64,000 nt of DNA from a virus (IMGVR_UViG_3300008116_000011:32001-96000); one strand, 5' to 3'. Positions 49,195 through 60,472 are shown, numbered from the stretch's first letter. Numbers and translations are program-made. The notes: generated from the sequence alone by a model not told the origin.

Positions 49195-51777
49195 TTATCC
49201 AAATTTAAAGAATTTATTTATGGTATTGTTGAATATTGGTTTTCCCCATTTCAAATCCTCATATAGTGTTTCTAGTTTATTCTTTAACATTGAATCAAAT
49301 AATTGCACTTTGTCTAGGTATTTTTCAATGAATTCAGTAATAAATGGAGGATCATCATAACCGTTAAATCCAATTACGTCAATTCGATATGGATTATCTT
49401 TTAAATATGCTATAAACATTTTATCTCCAATCTGAAATGTATTGTGTTTTTTATCTAGTTTTTTAAATCGAAGTAAATCATTATAGTAAATAGCTGCTTT
49501 AGTATTGATAGGACATTTTAATTCCAATTTAGAGAATATTTCACCTGGTTGAGGTTTTGAAGCAATATATTCGCCTATGTTTTTTAATCCAGTAGGTTTA
49601 AGCAATAAACGCCAATCTACTGTGTTGATACTTTCTCTAAATGTAATAATCTGTTTGTCTATTTCTGGTTTAGGTTTACCAAACATAATGTCTTGAATTA
49701 GACCCTTTGCAAATTTTCTAAAGTAAGGAGCAAAGTTAGATTTCATCAAATCTAATCCTTTAATATCTAATTCCTCTACAGGCACACCTTCTTTATTTAC
49801 AATAAATTGAGCGTAACGTCTTTTACCTGCAAAGTATCCTCGTTCAAGTACAACCTCTTGCTTTAATTCAAAGTAATGAGGACGATCATGTAAATTAAAT
49901 AATTCTACTACTAATGTATTTAGATTTTCGTTTGCTACTTTTTGTATTTCAGTAGCAATTTCTAAAACATACTTTACAGCTTCTTCTCTATTATTAAGAT
50001 TTACATCAGGATATCTTTTTCGGATTAGATCCTTTACTTGGATAAATAACGAATCAGTATCTGATGTTACAATATAATCAATACCCTCAGTTTCCATTTG
50101 TTCATTCATCCATCTATTTACATATTTAATAGATTCCTGAGTTAAACGTTGCCCTGTAAGTGTAATTGCTTTTGAAACGAATTTATGTCCATCTGTATAG
50201 CGCCATCCATTAATAGCATAGCAACCATAAACGTCATTCAATTTAATTTTATATGCGTGTTGTCTACGATTATAGAATTCACCTTTAACAGCATCACCTG
50301 ACTTATATGCTTTTTTCATCAGGTTTTTATATTCAACACGTTTATTAAACCAGTCAGTTAATACATCACATACTATACTTGATCTGTCTTTTCGAAATAT
50401 AACACCAGGAGCAGATATAATCCAATTTTCCTGTTCAATTAATTTAATTATTTTTTCTACAGTTACAATTGAGCGTGAAATACTTTTATTTGGATTTATT
50501 CGCTCAATAGTAATTTCAGTATTTGGGTTTAATAATTTTAATTCTTTTAAAGACCATTGATTATCATATTTGTCTTTATTTACTATTCGTCCTATTAAAG
50601 TTTCAATCCCCATATTTAAGGAACGAATAATAGACGGATATAATGATGTAAAATCTAAATCAATAACCCACTCATATAATCCTGGTACTGGGTCTTTTAG
50701 GTATCCGCCAGCATATTCCTCTTTAATGTCTTTTAAATTAGGATTATAAGTTGTTGGTTTATTAGGTGAAATTACATTTTTACGTTTTAGATAAGTTAAA
50801 ATAGCGCCTTCATTTAATGTTGTAGACATATAAATTTGCTCATAAGGCACATGACACAGGTGGCAAATAATTACTGTTAGATCAATAAATTTAAGTTTAT
50901 CTTCAAGTGCAACTATAATTTCAACGTCTCTAATATTGTAATCAATAAACTTATTTATATCTTCTTTAAATAATTTATCTAATGAACCTAAATAATCTAC
51001 TTTGCCTAAATCAACATATTTTTCTCCAATATTACCTAAGGCATAAGATGGTTCTTGAGCTGTGATGTATTTTTTAAACAGCAACATATAGTCAAGGTGG
51101 TTTACACCTGCTATAGTAGTATATTTTTCTCCAGCAAATTCACCTTCATCTACTTGTTTTAATGGAGATAAACGTACAGCTTGGCTTTCACCTATTACTT
51201 TAGCAATACGATGATATAAGTAAGGAATATCAAAGAACTCACTATTCCACCCAGTTATAATTGTTGGATCTAATTCTTCCCATTTATCAAGGAACTTATA
51301 CATTAATTCCTTTTCTGTAAGGCAAGGTATTACTGTTTTATTTTCACTTGTAGATTCACTCATTGCCTTTGCTTCATCTAGAATGTAACAATAATACATT
51401 TTAGTACTATTGTCGTATAAAGCAATTGCTGTTAATTTACCTGCAGGGTCACGAACACTATCTTGGGTAAGCGCTCCTGCAATTTCACACTCAATATCTA
51501 GATAGACAATGTTTTGATATTCAGGTGTGTCGTCTTGTTCATAATAGGCATCTACTAATACACGAGTAAATTTATCAACATCACTTTCATAAGCATTAGA
51601 ATCTTTCCAATCATATTGTTTAGTTGGAGATACTTTAACGCCCTCTAATGTTTCATATTCACCTTTTTCATTTGCAACGTAGCAGGTAGCTCGATATGGA
51701 AATTCGAGCCACCCCTTTTTATCGTCACGTAGATGATATGTCTTTGTACTTCTGTTGTAATAAATTGCTTGATACAT
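49195..51777 (-). CDS. Family B DNA polymerase (gp43-like)
   Basis: DIE and GWNSEFFDIPY exonuclease motifs; DFTSLYPS, KIKLNDVYG, SDTDS, KRRY. Confidence 0.97.
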   Translation of the reverse strand: MYQAIYYNRSTKTYHLRDDKKGWLEFPYRATCYVANEKGEYETLEGVKVSPTKQYDWKDSNAYESDVDKFTRVLVDAYYEQDDTPEYQNIVYLDIECEIAGALTQDSVRDPAGKLTAIALYDNSTKMYYCYILDEAKAMSESTSENKTVIPCLTEKELMYKFLDKWEELDPTIITGWNSEFFDIPYLYHRIAKVIGESQAVRLSPLKQVDEGEFAGEKYTTIAGVNHLDYMLLFKKYITAQEPSYALGNIGEKYVDLGKVDYLGSLDKLFKEDINKFIDYNIRDVEIIVALEDKLKFIDLTVIICHLCHVPYEQIYMSTTLNEGAILTYLKRKNVISPNKPTTYNPNLKDIKEEYAGGYLKDPVPGLYEWVIDLDFTSLYPSIIRSLNMGIETLIGRIVNKDKYDNQWSLKELKLLNPNTEITIERINPNKSISRSIVTVEKIIKLIEQENWIISAPGVIFRKDRSSIVCDVLTDWFNKRVEYKNLMKKAYKSGDAVKGEFYNRRQHAYKIKLNDVYGCYAINGWRYTDGHKFVSKAITLTGQRLTQESIKYVNRWMNEQMETEGIDYIVTSDTDSLFIQVKDLIRKRYPDVNLNNREEAVKYVLEIATEIQKVANENLNTLVVELFNLHDRPHYFELKQEVVLERGYFAGKRRYAQFIVNKEGVPVEELDIKGLDLMKSNFAPYFRKFAKGLIQDIMFGKPKPEIDKQIITFRESINTVDWRLLLKPTGLKNIGEYIASKPQPGEIFSKLELKCPINTKAAIYYNDLLRFKKLDKKHNTFQIGDKMFIAYLKDNPYRIDVIGFNGYDDPPFITEFIEKYLDKVQLFDSMLKNKLETLYEDLKWGKPIFNNTINKFFKFG

Positions 51778-51803
51778 AACCTTTTAAATATACTAGGGTT
51801 TCT

Positions 51804-54218
51804 TTAATTTTCACGCCTTTCTTCTGGTTTATAGTAAATAATTCTATTATGCCAAACAGGTGCTGCTAATAATATAGCTGGTTTGATATGACCTCTCATT
51901 GTTTCTTGAAATATATAGGACATCCAGGTTTGTTCAAATGGATTTGCCCATTCTGTTTCTAGGAACATTTTATAATTACCTTTTTTATTTGCAATCATAG
52001 GCCAGTTAGCATAATAAATGTCACCAGTAGCATAAGATACTTCATTATGAACTTCAATTCTATCAAATTTAGTTCTGGGAGCATATGGGTCTAATCCTGA
52101 TACTGGTAATTGGTCATAGTCAGGCCATATATAACTTCTAACAGCTTGAGGAACATTATACCAAGATACTTGAATATTATTATCCATGTATACTTCTGTA
52201 TATGATAATTTAAGGAAATCAAATTCTTCCTTAGCCATTATTTCATGAACTTTGTCATATAGGTTAGGAACATATTTTCTAAATCCATTTCTACAGAAAC
52301 CAGTTTCAGTTGAAGGATATAACCCCATATCATCTTCAAAGAAGAAATAATAATCACTATCTGATTCATTGAAATGTTTTGCAGCAAATAGTCTTCCACC
52401 ATTAATTCCTTTGTTTTCATTCATAATGATGTGTTCAAAACCGTATTTGTCTGCTACTTCTTTATTAGTAATTCTAGCTTGTTCGTCTGTTGAGTTATCA
52501 ATTAGAATTTTTTTATGCGGTCTACTTAACCAATCAGGTGAATTTGCTTGCCATGTAGCTAAAGTATGTTCAATTTGTTGAGGAAAATTAAACGTTAACA
52601 TATATAGAGATGTTTTATCTGTATCTCTATTGTATAATCCTTTAGGCAAAACATGAGAGCGAGTACCATTATTTTCTAATTGTACTTGATCATCTAATAA
52701 TGCTTGTACAAATTTAACTACTAAACCATTATCATCTAAAGCATAACGTCTATAGATGTGAGGTTCTAAATGAGCCATAATACTAAAGATACTCTCTTCA
52801 GTGCCCATATATCCTGAATTTAGTGTATCTTGAAGTAAATTATAGTAGGTACCATTTGCTTGACTTAAAAAGTCTTTATGTCCACCAAATAATCCACCTC
52901 TACAAACATAAGTTACTTTTTCACGAGCATATCTGTTAATTGCTTTAAAGTCAAATCCATGAATTTCATCTGCGGCTTCATAGGGGTAACTTAGGAATAG
53001 GAATGTTTTTAGATACGGAATTATTTTATCTAGGCATCTATGCTCAGTAAAATATTTTTCATATACAGTATTTGTAATACCAGCATCAAGCCATAAGAAA
53101 TAATTAGTATCAAATACATTCATTACTTTAGCATCATGCAACATAAACATTTTTGATTGCACAATTGGGTTATACCACTCAAGTGATGCTTGAGGACTAC
53201 CAGGAAGCCATCCATGAGGACCTGTTTGATTCAACCAGTCAGGATTAGTTCTTATTTCTTGAGTTTTATCCCAAAATGGTTGATAGAAATTATTTTTAAT
53301 ACTTTCTAGTTCAAATGTTCTAACATAAGTGTTTTCAGGTTTACGTTTTTTCCATACTAGATATTCATATTCTTTAGGAATATAAATAAACATTTTAACT
53401 GGTATGTCTAGGAATTTATCAAAATTTTCAATGTAGTGGCTAAAATCTCTACCTGGGCGTCCTATGTTCCATAGCCCTGTTACTAGAGTTAAATCTTCAG
53501 TTAAATGTACTTCGGGAGTATTTTCAGATATTTTTACTTGTTCTCTTAGTTTATCTAGTTCATAAAATGCTAATCCTTTTCTAGTTCCTCCTTCATAATT
53601 GTCTACAATTGATTTTTCTTCAATATAAAGTTCAGGTTTAGGAAAATTAAAAGGTTCTGAATGTAGGCAGACAGGATAAAAAGCAGCTGCTCCTCTTTCC
53701 CAGTTTGCATCTACAGTTACAGTATTATCAGCATTAATATGTTTTTGAGAATAATTTTCATCGTTTAAATCATACCAAGTAGTAGTTAGAAGATATTTAC
53801 ATTTTGATTTTAAAATGTTATTTATTGCTTTACGTCCATCTTCTAAACTAAGATGTCCTAACACATCTCTTACAATCAATAAGTCAGCTTCAGGAATTTC
53901 AATATTGTCTTGAGTTAAATCAATTTCTTGAAATTTAATTATTGAATTAGCATACTTTTGGTTGTCTTGGATTAATTCAGGGACAATATCACATCCTGTG
54001 TAGCTTTCAAAACTATACACTATATCTTTCATCCAGTTAAAGTCACCACAAGGAATATCAACTACGGATTTAATCTCTTTGTCTTTAACTAATTGCTTAA
54101 TTTGTTGTCTAATAACTTCAGTTTCATCCATTGTGCTTCCAGGGCCACTTTTACTTTCAGGCCAACCTCCAAATCTCCAGTTTGTGTAAACATCTTGAAA
54201 AACCTCTTTTAAACTCAT
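51804..54218 (-). CDS. Multidomain protein: SAM methyltransferase + HtrL-like glycosyltransferase + GT-A domain
   Basis: SGPGS...VDIPCGDFNW; LVTGLW...WLDAGI...GGLFGG...GTEE; LIDNS...FFEDD. Confidence 0.75.
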   Translation of the reverse strand: MSLKEVFQDVYTNWRFGGWPESKSGPGSTMDETEVIRQQIKQLVKDKEIKSVVDIPCGDFNWMKDIVYSFESYTGCDIVPELIQDNQKYANSIIKFQEIDLTQDNIEIPEADLLIVRDVLGHLSLEDGRKAINNILKSKCKYLLTTTWYDLNDENYSQKHINADNTVTVDANWERGAAAFYPVCLHSEPFNFPKPELYIEEKSIVDNYEGGTRKGLAFYELDKLREQVKISENTPEVHLTEDLTLVTGLWNIGRPGRDFSHYIENFDKFLDIPVKMFIYIPKEYEYLVWKKRKPENTYVRTFELESIKNNFYQPFWDKTQEIRTNPDWLNQTGPHGWLPGSPQASLEWYNPIVQSKMFMLHDAKVMNVFDTNYFLWLDAGITNTVYEKYFTEHRCLDKIIPYLKTFLFLSYPYEAADEIHGFDFKAINRYAREKVTYVCRGGLFGGHKDFLSQANGTYYNLLQDTLNSGYMGTEESIFSIMAHLEPHIYRRYALDDNGLVVKFVQALLDDQVQLENNGTRSHVLPKGLYNRDTDKTSLYMLTFNFPQQIEHTLATWQANSPDWLSRPHKKILIDNSTDEQARITNKEVADKYGFEHIIMNENKGINGGRLFAAKHFNESDSDYYFFFEDDMGLYPSTETGFCRNGFRKYVPNLYDKVHEIMAKEEFDFLKLSYTEVYMDNNIQVSWYNVPQAVRSYIWPDYDQLPVSGLDPYAPRTKFDRIEVHNEVSYATGDIYYANWPMIANKKGNYKMFLETEWANPFEQTWMSYIFQETMRGHIKPAILLAAPVWHNRIIYYKPEERREN

Positions 54219-55846
54219 AAATTTATGTTTTTTCTAATATAATATTTTTCTGTTATTAATCCATCCATTTGGGAATTTTCAAATACATATAAAGCATCTT
54301 TTAACGTTGTAAGAATAGGCATTCCATTAACATTAAATGATGTATTTAGTATAACACCAATTCCTGTCTTTTCTTCAAATTTAGTTATAAGATCATATAA
54401 CCATTTATTTTGTTCTCTTGTTACTGTTTGAACACGAGCGGTATTATCAACGTGTGTAATAGCTGCTAATTTTTCTCTCCATTCTTCACGTACAACGGGA
54501 GCATAAGACATCCACCTTGCATCTCGATCCCACTCAAAGTATTTATTTACATCTTCTAAACGCACAACAGGAGCAAATGGTCTATACCATTCTCTATGTT
54601 TAACTTTTTGGTTTAAAATATCTTTCATTTCTGGAAATGATGGGTTGCAGATAATACTTCTGTTTCCTAGTGCTCTAGGTCCGTGCTCAGAATTTCCTCT
54701 TACTATTCCTATAATTTTACCTTCAGCTAGTTCATCAATAACCAAATTCATATCTAGATCATCTTTCCACCATGATTGATTATTAAAATAATAATGAAGC
54801 ATATCTTTGTCTAATACAGGCAAACCAGCATATGTTACATCTATTGGTTCTTCTGGTTTGATAAAAGCAGCTAATAAGCCTACAGCTATACCACAGTCAT
54901 TAGGGTTAGGTCCTACGAATACTTCTTTATTAAATTCATTTACTAATCTAGTATTTAACAGAATGTTCAAACCACATCCTCCAGTTATACAAATTGGAAG
55001 ATCAGGAAATAATTCAAAATATGGTAATGCTATTTCTAAAAAGCATTCTTCAAATGCTCTTTGTGAAGTAGTAGCTATATCCCATGCTACTTGTCCTTCC
55101 AATCTGTTATTAAAATCAAATGTAACTCCTATTTTTTCACCTAACACATCTATTTTGGCTTGATAGTTAGTTCCATTAGGATCACTTTTGTAAAAATCTA
55201 TAAAATCATTTAACCATTCCTCTCTTACATTACCATAAGAAACAAGTCCCATTATCTTACCAGAGTAAACTAAATTTCCTTCACTTAAAGGTTCAAACTT
55301 TATATCATTAAGATAATGTCCAAACAACATATAGGGAAATCCTAAATCATATTCTATCCAATGTTGCCCCATAGTAGGATTTGCTAGTCTTTCTAGCAAT
55401 GCAGGTTCTTTACCTCGCACACAATGATAAATGTTAAATTTACCATCATCTCCTCCTCCATCAAATGAAAATACTATTGCTTCCTTGTACGGTGATTGAT
55501 AAAAAGTACCAGCAGCATGAGCTTGATGGTGATGATAATCATAGTAATTATCAGCTTTTATAGCATGTGGGGTGTGTAATAACTGGTTATCTATTACTAG
55601 ATCAGTATTGATGGCAATGCAATTTTCAAATTTATCAATATTATATTCTTTTTTGATAAGATCAACTGCATCTCTAATTAGTCCTTTAAGGTCATTATAT
55701 CCCTTATGTTTAGGTACTTTATATTGAGCTACACCTGCATTTTTATACCCTATATATCTTTCAATTTCAACAACACATACTATTTTGCCGTCTTTTTCAA
55801 CAGCTAAAGCTGCATTGTGTGATCCATAATATCCTATATTAGCCAT
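54215..55846 (-). CDS. NodU/CmcH-family carbamoyltransferase
   Basis: HHQAHA, DGGGD, GKIMGL, GGCGLN, EHGPRALGNRS, KHREWYRPFAP, NTSFN. Confidence 0.93.
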   Translation of the reverse strand: MANIGYYGSHNAALAVEKDGKIVCVVEIERYIGYKNAGVAQYKVPKHKGYNDLKGLIRDAVDLIKKEYNIDKFENCIAINTDLVIDNQLLHTPHAIKADNYYDYHHHQAHAAGTFYQSPYKEAIVFSFDGGGDDGKFNIYHCVRGKEPALLERLANPTMGQHWIEYDLGFPYMLFGHYLNDIKFEPLSEGNLVYSGKIMGLVSYGNVREEWLNDFIDFYKSDPNGTNYQAKIDVLGEKIGVTFDFNNRLEGQVAWDIATTSQRAFEECFLEIALPYFELFPDLPICITGGCGLNILLNTRLVNEFNKEVFVGPNPNDCGIAVGLLAAFIKPEEPIDVTYAGLPVLDKDMLHYYFNNQSWWKDDLDMNLVIDELAEGKIIGIVRGNSEHGPRALGNRSIICNPSFPEMKDILNQKVKHREWYRPFAPVVRLEDVNKYFEWDRDARWMSYAPVVREEWREKLAAITHVDNTARVQTVTREQNKWLYDLITKFEEKTGIGVILNTSFNVNGMPILTTLKDALYVFENSQMDGLITEKYYIRKNINL

Positions 55847-55855
55847 TATATTTAA

Positions 55856-56911
55856 TTAATAGGGTTCAGTATGAGGCCAAGCATTATGTTGATCCATCAT
55901 ATCTTTTATTTCTTTATTTTTCTCCATAAAATCCTCTAAACTAGTCCCTACAGCAAAATTTCCACCAAATCCAGGAATAGAAGGAGGCATAAAATATCTA
56001 TCTTCGAAATGTATTTGTCTGTTATATACAGTGTTAGGGAAATTTAATACTTCTATTTTATGAAAAATATTAGTAGTTGCTACTGGCATATAGTCACATA
56101 ACATATAGCCACCGCATTGTTGGCATGCTTTTAAGAAATGTTCTCCATAAAATATGTTAATACATTCATTCCATATATCAAAGTAATCTTTAACCTTTTC
56201 CGGACTTTCAAAATGATAGTATCTGAATGGTCCCTCAGTTATAGGAAGTTGAGTTATAAATGGATCACCAAATATATTTTTTTGTTTAAATAATTTATTA
56301 AGAACTATTGAGCATGCTTGTAAACCTACTAAAGAACCTGTTGATCCCATAGCCATAGACCATCTTAATCTGTATGAACCTGTTGGAGAATCAAAAGAAA
56401 GAGGATCAATTCCTAAAGTTTCTTTAACACATCCCTTCATTGAATTAATAGGAGTATTAAATTCCTCCCAAAATTCTTCTTCAGTCATAGTTCCATCTAC
56501 TATTTTATCGTATCTGATTTTTACATCACCATCCATAAACACAATTTTCTTATATCCTAATTGTGATATAGTTGGAAATGAAAATCTATGAGCCGAATAA
56601 GAGAAAAAATGACCTCTGCTCATAGCTTCTTTATATTCATTCCCATAAGCATCAGGGTCAATAGCATTTGATGGAATAAATTCTAAATCTTCAGACCATG
56701 GATATGGTTTTCTAGCTTCATGAACATTTATAATGGCTTTAACTTTCCCAGTCTGTTCAGCAAATTCTAAAAAATCTTCAGGATAATCCGTTAAAATAAC
56801 ATAATCCATCATGTTATCATAACCCATAGACATTGCATCTAAAATATTAAGTTTAACGCGTCTACGGTAAGAAGGACCAAATCCCCAAAGTGAAATAATC
56901 GGTTTTTCCAT
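55856..56911 (-). CDS. Putative GT-A glycosyltransferase
   Basis: VILTD.P and FMDGD (DxD). Confidence 0.5.
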   Translation of the reverse strand: MEKPIISLWGFGPSYRRRVKLNILDAMSMGYDNMMDYVILTDYPEDFLEFAEQTGKVKAIINVHEARKPYPWSEDLEFIPSNAIDPDAYGNEYKEAMSRGHFFSYSAHRFSFPTISQLGYKKIVFMDGDVKIRYDKIVDGTMTEEEFWEEFNTPINSMKGCVKETLGIDPLSFDSPTGSYRLRWSMAMGSTGSLVGLQACSIVLNKLFKQKNIFGDPFITQLPITEGPFRYYHFESPEKVKDYFDIWNECINIFYGEHFLKACQQCGGYMLCDYMPVATTNIFHKIEVLNFPNTVYNRQIHFEDRYFMPPSIPGFGGNFAVGTSLEDFMEKNKEIKDMMDQHNAWPHTEPY

Positions 56912-56914
56912 AAC

Positions 56915-57859
56915 TTATTTTAAAAGTTCTAAATCAAAAACATCAAAAAACGACTCTACAATTTTATCCAATAATAAATATTGTTGATAATATTCTACGT
57001 TATTTCTAGATATAGAAGTTAATAATTCTTCGTTATTAATAGCATCTTCAACTGCTTTTATATAATTAGCAGCTGACTGTTCAAAAGGTATTCCTGGAAA
57101 TACTAGACTGGCATTTATAGAGGCTTCATTTCCTTTTATGTAATTTGTCCCAGGAATTAGTTCTTTATAAAAAGGAGTTTTTAATTCTGCTCTTACAAGA
57201 GGAATTCCTAACCCCATTGCTTCTACATCTCTTAAACACCATTCTCCATTACCATTAAGTGAAAGAGCAAGAGCATATTGACTTAATACTTCATAATATT
57301 TTTCTCCTCGAATGTTGTGTTCATGTCCAAATACATCAAATAAAGGGTGTTGTTCTAGTATATCTGTTATTTGTTTTCTTGAATCATATATCCATCCTAT
57401 AAAACATGCCTTTTTAATTTTTTCATTGTAATTATAAGGTATTCTATATTTTTCTATAAGATCATAGGAACGTAAAAATTCTAAAGCATATAAGAACGGA
57501 CTAAACTTAATTCCTGTTCTTTGTAATATTGCTTCAGGGGATTCATAAATACCTAACCCACCTATAAGGTGAACAATATTAAGTGAATCCCATTCAAGAT
57601 GGCCTGTTGTTATATCCATTGCTCTATCCCAAAAACTAAGAACAGTTGCCTTTTTATTATCCGGGTTAATAATTTTTAAACTAGCTATTCCACATCTACC
57701 CCCTGGTGATTGGCAACCAGGGTAAACATCATACACACTTATTTTAGATTTTGTTACTTCAGGATAATGTTTGTCAATATTATTATACACACTATTAAAT
57801 ACATATCCAAATCCTTGATTTCCACCTCCATCAAAAGAGTACTCAAATATTAAATTCAT
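56915..57859 (-). CDS. Putative GT-B glycosyltransferase-like protein
   Basis: FIGW...R, LSLNGNGEWCLRDVEAMGLGIP. Confidence 0.55.
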   Translation of the reverse strand: MNLIFEYSFDGGGNQGFGYVFNSVYNNIDKHYPEVTKSKISVYDVYPGCQSPGGRCGIASLKIINPDNKKATVLSFWDRAMDITTGHLEWDSLNIVHLIGGLGIYESPEAILQRTGIKFSPFLYALEFLRSYDLIEKYRIPYNYNEKIKKACFIGWIYDSRKQITDILEQHPLFDVFGHEHNIRGEKYYEVLSQYALALSLNGNGEWCLRDVEAMGLGIPLVRAELKTPFYKELIPGTNYIKGNEASINASLVFPGIPFEQSAANYIKAVEDAINNEELLTSISRNNVEYYQQYLLLDKIVESFFDVFDLELLK

Positions 57860-59154
57860 CTAATTATTTTATAATTATAATCAATGTTACCTTCAATTCG
57901 CTCAGCCCAATCTTTAGATCTGCTGTGTGCCCAAATTACCCAACGTGATGGTACTTTGTCTGTAAGGAAGAATTTTTCTTCCCTATACCAATCTCCAGGT
58001 GATGATAGTATATTTCTTATTTGGTATTCATTATAATCTTCTCTCCACATTTCTTTTCCATCTTCATCATCAAAGGCACAAACCCAAAAATCATAATCAT
58101 TTTCTTTAAAATTAGATTTATTAAATTCAACTAAATGGTAGAAAGAAAACATAAATGAATCTTCCCATTCTTGTTCATTTTCAATTATAGGATTTGGAGG
58201 ATAATTATTTTCATAAGTATAACGCTGTACTGAGCGTTTTTTAAAATGAATACCAGCATATTTTTCATAGTCACGGAGTGTACGTTCAGTTCCTAAATCA
58301 TATCCTGTAAGATCAAATCCATTGTCTTCAGTACGTAATAATTGTCTAATTTTAGAGCGAGCAATATTTTGTTGTGTCCACCAATCTTCACCACGTTTGT
58401 GTTGGTCATCCCAAACTAAAATACCATCACGTTCAGTTCTCATAGTAGCATGCCAAATTACAAGTTTATGAGGATGAAACATATCATATCCATGAGTATA
58501 AGAACGTACTGTTAAATTAAGTTCTTCACCACTAAAGTAAATATCTTGGTCATGTAGTATTGTTTTAGCCCAATGCCCATCAGCAAAGCAGAAATGACCT
58601 GATAAAAATCTTGATGGTGGTGGTTCAGTCATATCTTGCCATCCATGTAACAGTGAAGGACGAATAAAGATAGTACCATGTGGATAAAAACAAGCAAATG
58701 TTTGTTGCCAAGGTTCCATTGTCCTGTCAGCAGGATCATTAAACGGATTATAATAGGGTAGATAAGCGGCTAATATTGGTTTTTTAATACCTTTATCTTT
58801 AAGTTGATCATGCATCTCAATTAATGTAACATCCCAACCCTCAGCAAATCTATGATGTGAATCAAGTTGACAAATATACTCTTCATCTCTTAACATTGTG
58901 TTAATTTGATAACGAGCATAAGGTAAACCTTTAGCTTCAGTGTGCGGAATATCCATTATTCTAAAACGAGGATCATCTCTAAATTCATCTACGTTATCAA
59001 ATCCATCTTCAGGATTAAATTGCCTACAAATACCAAATACTAATCTATCAGGATAAGTAGCATTTTCTAATGCCGATTTAATTGTAGGGACTAATTCTGG
59101 TTCTCTATAGGCAGGTAGATGGATAAAGATTTTTCTTAAATGTGCTTTTTTCAT
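57856..59154 (-). CDS. Skp1-hydroxyproline GlcNAc transferase-like (GT60/GlcNAc family)
   Basis: IFIHLPAYRE, AKGLPYAR, QLDSHHRF, SGHFCF, FSGEE, YTHGYD. Confidence 0.8.
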   Translation of the reverse strand: MKKAHLRKIFIHLPAYREPELVPTIKSALENATYPDRLVFGICRQFNPEDGFDNVDEFRDDPRFRIMDIPHTEAKGLPYARYQINTMLRDEEYICQLDSHHRFAEGWDVTLIEMHDQLKDKGIKKPILAAYLPYYNPFNDPADRTMEPWQQTFACFYPHGTIFIRPSLLHGWQDMTEPPPSRFLSGHFCFADGHWAKTILHDQDIYFSGEELNLTVRSYTHGYDMFHPHKLVIWHATMRTERDGILVWDDQHKRGEDWWTQQNIARSKIRQLLRTEDNGFDLTGYDLGTERTLRDYEKYAGIHFKKRSVQRYTYENNYPPNPIIENEQEWEDSFMFSFYHLVEFNKSNFKENDYDFWVCAFDDEDGKEMWREDYNEYQIRNILSSPGDWYREEKFFLTDKVPSRWVIWAHSRSKDWAERIEGNIDYNYKIIR

Positions 59155-60434
59155 TATCTAGGTATTTCTTGTTCAATAATTTTGTGATTCCATTCTTTTG
59201 ATTTACTATGTGGCCATAATAACCAACTTACAGGTGCTTCTTCACATTCAAACTCTCTCCAAATATGGTAAAATTGATCTGTTGAATCAGACATTTTAAA
59301 ATTTCTAATTTCATTTTCATTAACATCTGCTCTAATCATTTCATTACCATTTTTATCTTTAAAAGCAACTACCCAACAATCATAATCATCATCAGTTAAC
59401 GCTCCTTTCCATACATCTATACAATATTTAAATTTCTTTACAAAATTTTTATTCCATTGTTCTTCACTTTCAAATGGTACTGGGAGTAATTTTTGGTCTA
59501 AAGTATGTCTTTGTATTCGTTTTCCTTTAAAATCAACTCCAATATAACGCTCAAATTCAGCTAATGAACGTTCTTTACCTAAATCAAACCCAACAAAATC
59601 AAGTCCTTCTCTACTTTCATCATCTATTCCAAATAATGCTCTATATTTTCTAAATGAAAATTTATCTAAAGGAGAAAATTGATGATCATCCCAATGACGT
59701 GTTTTTCCATTTCTAGTATATTCATGCCATATTACTGGAAAATGGGGATGGAATAGGTCATATCCATGAGTGTATGCTCTAGCAGATATTGATGTTTCTT
59801 CTCCATGAAAATAAAGATCAGGATCATGTGGAACATCATGTACAAATGATCCTAAAGTAAATCCAAAATGTCCTGAATAAAATCTTGCAGGGATAGGTTC
59901 GGTATATTTTTGCCAGTTATCAACATGAGAAGGAACAATAAATATAGGACCTTCAGGCATAAATCTATCATAATTAGTATGCCATACCTCTATATTACGC
60001 CCAGCAGGGTCATTATTTGGAAAGTATCCAGGTAAATATGCAGTTAATAGTGGTTTTTTATAGCCTTTCTTTTGAAGATTTTTTAGCATGTTAATTAAAC
60101 TTTCATCCCAATCTTTAGTAAATCGATGATGAGAGTCTAATTGTAATGTGTATGTTTCTCCATTATAATATCTTTGTAATCTATTTCTAGCCCAACAAAC
60201 ACCTTTAGCATCTTTGTAATGAATATCTATAATTTTAAAACGAGGATCACCCAAATATTCATCTAAATGATCCCATTTATCTTCCTCAGCATGTTGCCAG
60301 GCAATGCATATCCTTAAATTTTCAGGCCACTTTGCATTATCAAGCATGTCCTTAATTGTAGGACGTAATTCAGGATCGCGATAAGAAGCAATTTGTACGA
60401 ATATTGTTTCTTCTAGTTGTTTCTTTTTTGGCAT
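59154..60434 (-). CDS. Skp1-hydroxyproline GlcNAc transferase-like (GT60/GlcNAc family)
   Basis: IFVQIASYRDPE, AKGVCWAR, QLDSHHRF, FHGEE, ARAYTHGYD, LGKERSL. Confidence 0.85.
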   Translation of the reverse strand: MPKKKQLEETIFVQIASYRDPELRPTIKDMLDNAKWPENLRICIAWQHAEEDKWDHLDEYLGDPRFKIIDIHYKDAKGVCWARNRLQRYYNGETYTLQLDSHHRFTKDWDESLINMLKNLQKKGYKKPLLTAYLPGYFPNNDPAGRNIEVWHTNYDRFMPEGPIFIVPSHVDNWQKYTEPIPARFYSGHFGFTLGSFVHDVPHDPDLYFHGEETSISARAYTHGYDLFHPHFPVIWHEYTRNGKTRHWDDHQFSPLDKFSFRKYRALFGIDDESREGLDFVGFDLGKERSLAEFERYIGVDFKGKRIQRHTLDQKLLPVPFESEEQWNKNFVKKFKYCIDVWKGALTDDDYDCWVVAFKDKNGNEMIRADVNENEIRNFKMSDSTDQFYHIWREFECEEAPVSWLLWPHSKSKEWNHKIIEQEIPR

Positions 60435-60472
60435 AACAGATTATATAACAATTTATTTGCTATACATATATA

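Noticed and set aside
44737-51777. Inteins or introns in the polymerase or clamp loader
   Set aside because: Lengths are normal and motifs are contiguous
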